From positions 1 to 29,370 of the forward strand of contig JAHQWL010000064.1 in assembly GCA_029856155.1 (NCBI GenBank): 29,370 bases of DNA. The letters run 5' to 3'. Positions 1 through 7,587 of this stretch are shown here, one piece after another. This DNA is from Promethearchaeia archaeon (GTDB taxonomy: Archaea > Asgardarchaeota > Lokiarchaeia > Sigyniarchaeales > SOKP01). Under the pieces are notes generated by a model. That model had not been told where the DNA came from. It worked only from the letters and a program-made list of their open reading frames with translations, and searched no databases. The translations under genes were made by a program, and so were the position numbers. Numbering within the stretch: position 1 is the first letter of the stretch; every line of letters begins with the position of its first letter.

Positions 1-1
1 T

Positions 2-94
2 GACATAGAAGAACTTGGGTTTTTGGGAGAACATGTTTCAAGCCTCGCAGAACAGTTAGACTTTGTGTTGCAAGGAAAAAATTTTAGTGATTAG
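2..94 (+). CDS. 3' end of a gene truncated by the window edge (…DIEELGFLGEHVSSLAEQLDFVLQGKNFSD*); possibly a roadblock/LC7-like C-terminal helix
   Basis: Frame 2 is open from base 2 to TAG at 92-94 with protein-like composition, followed by a hairpin and T-tract. The family guess is weak. Confidence 0.55.
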   Translation, partial: DIEELGFLGEHVSSLAEQLDFVLQGKNFSD

Positions 95-96
95 AA

Positions 97-134
97 GCGA
101 ACTTTAGTTCGCAAGGATTTTTTTTCTCTTTTTT
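97..134 (+). terminator. Hairpin GCGAAC-TTTA-GTTCGC followed by a T-rich tract; probable terminator between convergent genes
   Basis: Perfect 6-bp inverted repeat at 97-112, then TTTTTTTTCTCTTTTTT. Confidence 0.45.
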
Positions 135-164
135 ATACTAACTATCTGAAGACAGAATACAGTT

Positions 165-833
165 TTAAATTAAAGATAATATTAAATCATTAGTTAAATC
201 ACTAACTGATTTTATTATTAGTACTTTTCCTTTTTTAATTTCTTTTAATTGCTCGGATGAATGGTGCCCCGTTAAAACCCCAATAAAGGGACAATTTAAA
301 TTATTAGAAAGCATAACATCTTTAGGATGATCCCCAATGATTACAATATTATGTTCAGGGTAGGTTTTTTCTATAAGTTCTTTTAGTTTTGGATCTAATT
401 TTCCCAATTCTTTTGTTTCTTCTGTTTCTCCTATCACATAGTCAAAGTATTTCTGAATTTTTAATATTTCAATGACTCTCTTTGCCATTTCTTGCTTTTT
501 GGATGTTATTATACCCAAGGTATATGATAAATCAAATAATTCTTTTAATTTAGATTTAACACCAGGTAAAAGACTTGCTTGATAAATACCTTTACTCCCA
601 TAATATTCTCTAAAAGCATAAACTAATTTTGAAGAGTCGAAGTTTGAAACACTATCAAACATCTCATTTAAAGGTGTTCCAATCATAAATTCAATTTCTG
701 TTTTCTCCAATATTGGCAAGTTATATTTATTTAACGCATAATTAAATGAAGCAACAATTCCATCCCTGTTATTGATTAAAGTATTATCAAGGTCAAAACT
801 TAGAACGACATTTTTACTTGTCTTATCATTCAT
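165..833 (-). CDS. HAD-superfamily hydrolase (phosphoglycolate phosphatase/5'-nucleotidase-like)
   Basis: Motif I FDLDNTL, motif II ITSK, motif IV IGDHPKD. Confidence 0.9.
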   Translation of the reverse strand: MNDKTSKNVVLSFDLDNTLINNRDGIVASFNYALNKYNLPILEKTEIEFMIGTPLNEMFDSVSNFDSSKLVYAFREYYGSKGIYQASLLPGVKSKLKELFDLSYTLGIITSKKQEMAKRVIEILKIQKYFDYVIGETEETKELGKLDPKLKELIEKTYPEHNIVIIGDHPKDVMLSNNLNCPFIGVLTGHHSSEQLKEIKKGKVLIIKSVSDLTNDLILSLI

Positions 834-928
834 TTTTTTTTAGAACTTTATAATTAATAAAGTGTAAAAAATAAAGAAAAGAAGGTTTATTAAAATTTAT
901 ATTTAAAACTTGCTTTATTTTATAATTT

Positions 929-1177
929 CTAAGTTATATCTATTGTTAATAATGGATCTCCAAAAAATTTCAAACCATATACTTCTTCCCAATGATTAAA
1001 TGTGATAATTTCAGGGTTATTAAACCAATCTTTAAAAGCTTCTCCGAAAATCTTTCCATTTTTTAATGAATCATAGAATGGTTGATAGAGACACATCCCA
1101 CCTGATCTTGAACACCCGATTACATTTAAAGCTTGACCATCAAAAAGGTAGTGTGTAGCGATATTATTTGGTATCAT
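929..1177 (-). pseudogene. Short ORF resembling only the C-terminal part of a C25 (gingipain-like/caspase-fold) peptidase family protein; probable gene fragment
   Basis: Pattern FY..L..G..fGEA…fGDP.L at the C-terminus. The upstream frame closes at TAA 1229-1231, so no catalytic N-terminal region is present. Confidence 0.45.
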
Positions 1178-1286
1178 ATATATTTTAAGATGATTTGAAG
1201 ATAAATTTTTAATATTAACATAGGAGAATTAGATTAAATATTTACGCTTAGTAAATCACCCAATAAAACTATACAAAATTGTAGAT

Positions 1287-2939
1287 TTACGTAATTTTAA
1301 ATCCTTTAAATAATTTCAATAAGAATGTTATTTCTTCAGAGCTTTCTATTAACCTTCTTAAATTATAGGGGAAAACATCTAATGCTACTTCTTTCCCTTC
1401 GGAAACTTGTTCAATCATTATTCTTATAATTTCTTTGTATTTTCTAACTGTGTTTCCTTCAGTTTCAATTTCAGAGATAACTTCCCATGCTTTTTCTAAT
1501 TTTCCGTTTAATATACAGGAGATAGAAGCGAGGACATAGCTTTGAACTATATGAGAATGACCAATTTTTTTAAGGTTAGCAGCTCTATAATAGTAGCGAT
1601 AAAGATTATTAACCATTTCTCTCAAAAGAAAATCCTTGGCTATATCCAATTGTTCATAAAATTTTATGCTTTCTAAAATAAGAGTTGCAGCAGTAAAAAA
1701 TTGCTTATTTTTTAATCCTTCTTTAGCAATTTTATTTAATCCTCTAATTATTTGATTAAAAATCCCAAATCTGTTAAATTCTAATTCACCTTCGATAGCG
1801 ATATCATATGCGTTTAAATAACTCTCTGTGGACTCGTTTATACTCCCAATTTTCCAAAAATTATCTCCTGCTTTAACATAATGTTTATAAGCCATTTCAA
1901 AGTTTTTCAATTCTTTAAATACGTTAGCAGCATCAACAAGATTTATCGCAGCTTGGTTAAAATCCTCAATTTTTTCTGAAAAATTTCCAGCTAATATAAA
2001 ACAAGAAGCACATTCAATTAAATTATTTTGAATGTCTTGATAACATAACCCGGCACCTCGGTAATATCGCGCAATTTTATGATAGTTTTCTTTATTTTTT
2101 TCTATAGTTTCTGCTAAATCTATATATGCTCCAGCTTCTTTCTTGGAGAAAATAGTATATTGATCTGCTTTATCCAAAATGCTATAGAGATTCTTTAATA
2201 TCTGATATATTTGAGCTAAAGTTAAACCATCGCTTTTTTCTTCATATTGAGTTGCTAAATTTGAGAAATGTTCTACACCATCCAAAATAATATCTTGAGA
2301 TTTGTTATAATCATCGATTTCCTCATAACAAGATCCTATTTGTTGATAAGAGAAGGAAAGCATATCAAAATAATTATGAAGTTTTGAAATTTTGATAACT
2401 TTCTCATAGTATTTTATAGCATTCATATAATCTGAAAATTTTAAAAATAATTCTGCTATATTTTGATAATTCTGGGCAAGTTTTCTGGTTTCATTAAATT
2501 CTTTTAAAAGTTTACTTTCTTGTTTTAGAAATTTGATACTGTTTAAAATATTCTTTTTTTCAGCTTGTAAATCTACTATTTTCTCATGATAAATATCTGC
2601 TATTCGTAAGTATAACTCAGCAATTTCATGTAATTTCGCTTGAAGCTTATAATCAATAATTAATTTTTTATAGAGTTCAATAATTTGGTTGTATAATTTG
2701 AGTGCTTCGGCAAAATTTAGGTTTTCCATGATTTCAGCTACAGAAAAAAGAAACTCTCCTGCTTCAAAATATTCTCCAGATTCAGTAATTTCTTTAGAGA
2801 AATTAATCGCTCCTGAAATCATTTCTCGTATTGTCTTTTCTTTCTCTATTGGATCAGTTAATTGCTGAATTTTAGATTCATATTGTCTTATTTTATCTAA
2901 ATACTCTGTATAATCGATGAATTCATCTTCTTCAATAAT
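1287..2939 (-). CDS. Alpha-helical TPR/SNAP (soluble NSF attachment protein)-like repeat protein
   Basis: Repeated helical units such as AELYLRIADIY, ARYYRGAGLCY, ASCFILAG, AYKHYVKAGDNF. The ORF track starts at ATG 2822, but the frame is open to 2951 and a GAGGAG SD precedes ATT at 2939. Confidence 0.7.
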   Translation of the reverse strand: MIEEDEFIDYTEYLDKIRQYESKIQQLTDPIEKEKTIREMISGAINFSKEITESGEYFEAGEFLFSVAEIMENLNFAEALKLYNQIIELYKKLIIDYKLQAKLHEIAELYLRIADIYHEKIVDLQAEKKNILNSIKFLKQESKLLKEFNETRKLAQNYQNIAELFLKFSDYMNAIKYYEKVIKISKLHNYFDMLSFSYQQIGSCYEEIDDYNKSQDIILDGVEHFSNLATQYEEKSDGLTLAQIYQILKNLYSILDKADQYTIFSKKEAGAYIDLAETIEKNKENYHKIARYYRGAGLCYQDIQNNLIECASCFILAGNFSEKIEDFNQAAINLVDAANVFKELKNFEMAYKHYVKAGDNFWKIGSINESTESYLNAYDIAIEGELEFNRFGIFNQIIRGLNKIAKEGLKNKQFFTAATLILESIKFYEQLDIAKDFLLREMVNNLYRYYYRAANLKKIGHSHIVQSYVLASISCILNGKLEKAWEVISEIETEGNTVRKYKEIIRIMIEQVSEGKEVALDVFPYNLRRLIESSEEITFLLKLFKGFKIT

Positions 2940-3190
2940 TTTATAATCTCCTCAAATTAAGTAAAGCCTATTTATAGAAAGTAATGTAAAAATAAAAAAA
3001 ATTGGTTTTTGTTTAAAACCCATACTTTATCTATTCAGTTTTCCTATAAATAAAAAGCTATATAGAAAAACTTAAATTAATGCCATAACTACTTCAAAAA
3101 CAAAAATTCACAGCATTCTGAAACGAATATATCTAAAGAAATAATATTAAATACGATAACGTGTATATTAATAATAATAATAAAATGTAG

Positions 3191-3436
3191 GTGATTGTTA
3201 TAAAACAAGTTTCTGAATTATTAGATACTGGTCTGTATGAAACCTTCAAACCAGAAAAAACAATGACCGTGGCTGACCTATTACAAGAACTCAACTTGGA
3301 AAATAAATATTTTGGAATCTTGGTGAATGGGAAAAAGGCTACACCAGATACAGTTATCACTGAGCAATCAGAAGTGGTTATCCTTCCCCATAGCTTCGCT
3401 TAATTAAAGTGGAGCGGGGAGATCGCTGGAGGATAA
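3191..3436 (+). CDS. ThiS/MoaD/SAMP/Urm1-type ubiquitin-like (beta-grasp) protein, split by a putative 30-nt intron; exons 3191-3391 and 3422-3436; spliced product of 71 aa ends …VVILPHIAGG
   Basis: TVADLLQEL, ILVNGK and D-V-I…V-ILP are ThiS/MoaD hallmarks. The expected IAGG* is encoded in frame at 3422-3436, after the insert. Confidence 0.85.
3392..3421 (+). other. Putative archaeal bulge-helix-bulge/loop (BHB/BHL) mRNA intron, 30 nt
   Basis: CCCC(3386-89) pairs with GGGG(3416-19) as a 4-bp central helix. Bulges are AUA(3390-92) and AGA(3420-22). Intron stem is 9 bp (3393-3401/3407-3415). Outer exon stem is 10 bp (3376-85/3429-38). Confidence 0.8.
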
Positions 3437-3471
3437 CCTCAAATATAGTTTTTTTGATTCTTTTTATTTTT

Positions 3472-3648
3472 CTAATAAAAATCGTCTAAGAAATTTTCTA
3501 GATGTTCCCACCAAGGTCTATATTTAATATTATGTTGGTTCCAGGCATTTGGAGGAAGGTACCGACCAGTAAATATTAACCTAGCTGTTATTTCATCTAT
3601 TCTATTATTATCCCCCCAATCGAATATTTTTTTGATAATTTTTTTCAT
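3472..3648 (-). CDS. Small hypothetical ORF (58 aa, MKKIIKKIFDWGDNN…PWWEHLENFLDDFY) or gene remnant
   Basis: ATG 3648 to TAG 3472, read manually and absent from the ORF track. No family recognised. Confidence 0.3.
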   Translation of the reverse strand: MKKIIKKIFDWGDNNRIDEITARLIFTGRYLPPNAWNQHNIKYRPWWEHLENFLDDFY

Positions 3649-3923
3649 AATATTAATTATGCTCGTTTTACCGCTTCACTTTTATGATACATCCCACCTA
3701 TGTCTTATTATTTGGATTTTATAAAGTATAGGAGAGTCTCTAATTATGAATAGGCTCATATCGGGAAAAATTCTCAAAATCTTGGGTTACAAATCTTTTA
3801 CACTCCTTTTGTATAAATCAGAGTCAACACTTTTTCTTTATATAGATACAATAAGATAAAAATTCATGAGTAATAGTAAGTTGAAGACTCAAATGTCAAA
3901 ATTATATTCTAACCAGTAATAAA

Positions 3924-4634
3924 ATGAAGAAAACACCTAATATAGCGACAATCCTAGTTGGTATAATAATAGTATTATGTTTATGGGCTTATTATCATCC
4001 AAATACAAGAATTATTACTTGCCACAAGAACAGATACATAGAAGAGGAATACCCAGATAGTGTAGTGAAAATGTATTATAACCCTCTAGAGATTAGTGGA
4101 ACCCCAGGAATGATGTGTATCGCATATGTAAGTTTTGAGTTTTCTTGGGTGAGGGCACCTGAGAAGAATTTAAGAGTAGAATTTGGAGGTGTATTTACAA
4201 TTTTGAGGGCATTAACCGAAGATGTCATAATTCAGGTATATAATTGCTCAGAAACAGTATATTGGAGTAACATTACGTGGAATAATGCACCTTGCATAGG
4301 AACTCGAGTTGGTAATATCACTATAACAGTTGATGATCTGAGCAATTCATATTATGTAGTCAAGTATTTAGACGTATCAAATTATAATGTTGATAAACTT
4401 GCGTATGATACAACATTTGTGCTTTTAACAGATCAAGATATTCTAGTATCTCTTGGTTCACTTGATGCAAGCTATTTTACTGAGATTCCTCCACATGTGA
4501 GATATTTTTTCCGAATGGATATACCAATTTACAATCTATTACTTATCATTGGATTAATTAGCATCATATCAATTTTATTAAGCATTCCAGTAAGTTATTT
4601 TAGAAAATTGCGGGAAAATTTTTCTTGTTTGTAA
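3924..4634 (+). CDS. Membrane-anchored/secreted protein with a DNRLRE/CBM96-like beta domain
   Basis: N-terminal and C-terminal hydrophobic helices. The internal ITWNNAP motif is typical of DNRLRE-type domains. Confidence 0.6.
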   Translation: MKKTPNIATILVGIIIVLCLWAYYHPNTRIITCHKNRYIEEEYPDSVVKMYYNPLEISGTPGMMCIAYVSFEFSWVRAPEKNLRVEFGGVFTILRALTEDVIIQVYNCSETVYWSNITWNNAPCIGTRVGNITITVDDLSNSYYVVKYLDVSNYNVDKLAYDTTFVLLTDQDILVSLGSLDASYFTEIPPHVRYFFRMDIPIYNLLLIIGLISIISILLSIPVSYFRKLRENFSCL

Positions 4635-4709
4635 AGAAACAATCTAAATAATTATTTTTCTTTAAATAGATTCGCCTATAAAGTTATTAAAAAACAAGGT
4701 GAAACATAT

Positions 4710-5180
4710 TTGTCAATCGATCTTCATAATGAAGCGAAAAATAAGATGAGAATAATTAAGCAGGAAGAAGGAGATGGTGTTACGCGTGCCTCTCTTAAAT
4801 TCTTTAAGGACCATTTTAAAGAATTAGGAAAGGTAAAATACGTTATACTCTATTATGCAGAGGATGAATGGGTGTTAAATCCTGATCTTATGCATCAATA
4901 TGTTATCATAATTGGAGAGAATTGTCAATTATGGATGTCAGGGTTAGCATGGGGATATTATGGTGAGGGACCTTATGGTTTATTTGAGGTAATGCAAATG
5001 ATTGATCTTAAGATTAGTTATGAGGAAATTGTGAGTCTGGGATGGGAAACTGATGATGTGTATATGTTTGAAAATGTGAATGGAAGGCTTCTATTGAAAA
5101 GTTTTAATGAGAGTGCTCGCTCTTTTCTCTGTGGAGTTGATAATAGGTTGCCTTGGGAGAATCGATTTATTTCCTCTTAA
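4710..5180 (+). CDS. Hypothetical protein with a WGYYGEGPYGL motif
   Basis: 156-aa ORF with TTG start and an upstream AGGTGA SD at about 4698-4703. Confidence 0.75.
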   Translation: MSIDLHNEAKNKMRIIKQEEGDGVTRASLKFFKDHFKELGKVKYVILYYAEDEWVLNPDLMHQYVIIIGENCQLWMSGLAWGYYGEGPYGLFEVMQMIDLKISYEEIVSLGWETDDVYMFENVNGRLLLKSFNESARSFLCGVDNRLPWENRFISS

Positions 5181-5622
5181 AATTTTTTGTAATCCTCTTT
5201 GTAATATGAATACTATAAAGCTAAATTAATATATTTCAATTTTAACTATATCAATCCTTTTCCACGTAAATTTCTTCTAGTTTTGTTCCCAATCGAAATT
5301 TAAAATCAAAATATAGAGTTAATATTTTCACTTTTCCCTTAAAATTCCGATAATTGGTCTATTCTTTCATGTTCTTTCCGATTTATATTGTGATTATTTC
5401 AAATTATTTAGAAAAAACTAAAAAGAAGTAATTATTATCCTATTAAATTATAAAGATATGTTTTAAATTTAACTGAATTTTAAATTTTCAATTCGCATCT
5501 TGCGAGTTTTATGCGAAGCATATTCCGATTTTAACTTCAAATAAAAAGAATAATTCTTTACATTTACAGTAAATCGAATTTATAATATTAACTAGCTAGA
5601 AGAACTAAAGAGTAGAATATAT

Positions 5623-6015
5623 ATGCCTAAGATGAAAAAAAAACAACAAAAAAAAGGACGGAGGAGCTACACTCCCTCTCCAACTCCAGCAGTATCGAGA
5701 GTAAAAATGCCTTATAGAAAGAATGGAGAAATGTTTGCGCGGGTTGTTGAGATATTTGGTCAAGAACGGATGGGTGTTTATTGTGAAGATGGAAAACGCC
5801 GTATTGGAAGAATCCGAGGGAAAATTAAAAAAAGAGTGTGGATAAGAAAAGGGGACTTAATTGTAATTAATCCTTGGGAATTTGAAACAGCTGTTGAGGG
5901 TAAATTAGAGAAATGCGAAATATCTTGGAGATATTTACGACATGAAGTTTCTTATTTAGAACGTAATAGAAGAATTCCTAAAAGTTTGGACATTAATAAC
6001 ATCCCCCTCTTCTAA
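5623..6015 (+). CDS. eif1a: Translation initiation factor aIF-1A
   Basis: GEMFARV…G…CEDGKRRIGRIRGKIKKRVWIRKGDLIVINPW…WRY signature and a basic N-terminal tail. Confidence 0.95.
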   Translation: MPKMKKKQQKKGRRSYTPSPTPAVSRVKMPYRKNGEMFARVVEIFGQERMGVYCEDGKRRIGRIRGKIKKRVWIRKGDLIVINPWEFETAVEGKLEKCEISWRYLRHEVSYLERNRRIPKSLDINNIPLF

Positions 6016-6143
6016 AAAAAATTTTTTTTAAGAAATAAAAAAAAGATAAGATTCGATAACAATCGCAGAACAAGGTCTTACTAATTACTACCTACTACTT
6101 ATTAAATATTATTATATTTTATTGATTTGTAACAAAAAGAAGC

Positions 6144-6398
6144 TTAATATCGAAAATCTCGAATTTGAGGAGGAGCTGCTTCAGTTACCACTACTTTACT
6201 GGCAGCAGGACCTTTATCACCTTGAGTGATCTCAAATTCTACTTTATCATTTTCATTTAGTGAGGCAAATTCATCACTCTTCTTCACAATAGCGCTGTGA
6301 TGAACGAATATGTCTCCTTCTTCTTCAGTTGCTATAAATCCATAACCTTTACGGTTATTAAACCATTTAACTGTACCTTCGGTCAATTTTAAAACCAA
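6144..6398 (-). CDS. Cold-shock domain protein (CspA family)
   Basis: GTVKWFN, RNP1 KGYGFI, RNP2 DIFVHHS, GDKGPAA. Confidence 0.95.
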   Translation of the reverse strand: MVLKLTEGTVKWFNNRKGYGFIATEEEGDIFVHHSAIVKKSDEFASLNENDKVEFEITQGDKGPAASKVVVTEAAPPQIRDFRY

Positions 6399-6599
6399 TT
6401 TTTACATAAATTAAATTTTTTTTTCAGTTCAATTGAACTATTTAAAAAAATGAATGATGCTGTAAATATGTTATGCATTTCCGATAATTTATTGAAAAAT
6501 TCACAATGTTTATTTGATTTTAAAAAGTTAATAAAAAAAGAAGTTGTTAATAATCATCATAAAACCAGTAATTTTTAATAATTAAATATTAAAATCAAA

Positions 6600-7580
6600 T
6601 TATTTTAATTCTATTCTTAGTAAATCTTCAGCCATTATGGTATTTGGAAAAATTTCTTTAGCTTCTTCTAGTAATTTTATAGCATCTTCTTGATATCGTG
6701 AAGAAATATGAGTGAGAATCAATTGTTTTGCATTCATTTTTATTGCATCATTTGCTGCGTCAATTGAAGTTGAATGTTTTTTTTCTTCGGCTGTAGCAGC
6801 TAATGCTTTTGCGAAAGTTGCCTCATGAATTAAAATATCAGAATCTTTTCCTAAATCTATCAAAGAATCGCTCGGCTTCATATCTCCAGAGTAAGTTATT
6901 TTTCTTCCCGGTCTTTTTGGGTCGATAATTCCCTCTTTAACGGGATCAATAATTTTCCCATTAATTTCAATAACTTCTCCTTCTTGGAGGGTTTTCCAAA
7001 GATTACCTTCAGGAATGTTTAGATCTTTCGCCCTAATTGGGTTAAATTTACCATAGCGAGGCTTTTCTACAAAAGCATATGCAAATGTAATTATTGAGTG
7101 TTCCACTAAAGCATATTTTATGGAAAAATATCTAGAATCAAATATGATATTATCATTAATCTGAATTGATCTTTTTGGTACTTCTGAATCTAATCCCTCA
7201 AACTCTATTAATTCCTTATTTTGATGGTCAATCTCAAAAATCGTAATTGGATAGTTAGCTTTTAATCCGAGGATTTTTTTATGGAGAAATAAATAGAGAA
7301 AAAGATTTCGAGGCCCAAAAATCATCATTGGTGCAGTTCTATCATTTAAACTCAATCGAAATAAAAATCCGGGGAGTCCAATAATATGGTCTCCATGAAA
7401 ATGAGTAATAAAGATCTTTAATGGCCTATTAAATTTTAGAGAAGCTTCAGCAAATTTGCGTTGGAAGTCTTCCCCGCAGTCAAATATTAAAGTCTGATTT
7501 TTAAATTTAATAGCTATAGAGGATAAGTTGCGGTTTTTAATAGGAATTGCAGCAGCGCTTCCTAAAATAATTAATTCCAT
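6600..7580 (-). CDS. rnz: Ribonuclease Z (tRNA 3' processing)
   Basis: LGSAAAIP…RN, FDCGE, THFHGDH, GP-like exosite region, YSGD, HEAT, LTHISSRY. Confidence 0.95.
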   Translation of the reverse strand: MELIILGSAAAIPIKNRNLSSIAIKFKNQTLIFDCGEDFQRKFAEASLKFNRPLKIFITHFHGDHIIGLPGFLFRLSLNDRTAPMMIFGPRNLFLYLFLHKKILGLKANYPITIFEIDHQNKELIEFEGLDSEVPKRSIQINDNIIFDSRYFSIKYALVEHSIITFAYAFVEKPRYGKFNPIRAKDLNIPEGNLWKTLQEGEVIEINGKIIDPVKEGIIDPKRPGRKITYSGDMKPSDSLIDLGKDSDILIHEATFAKALAATAEEKKHSTSIDAANDAIKMNAKQLILTHISSRYQEDAIKLLEEAKEIFPNTIMAEDLLRIELK

Positions 7581-7587
7581 AATAGAT

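Noticed and set aside
3133-3360. 75-aa minus-strand ORF
   Set aside because: Antisense shadow of the ubiquitin-like gene.
3401-3403. Stop-codon readthrough or Sec/Pyl recoding as the explanation for the split Ubl gene
   Set aside because: The codon is TAA, not TGA or TAG. Readthrough would insert 10 residues between LPH and IAGG, whereas the BHB geometry predicts the exact clean junction.
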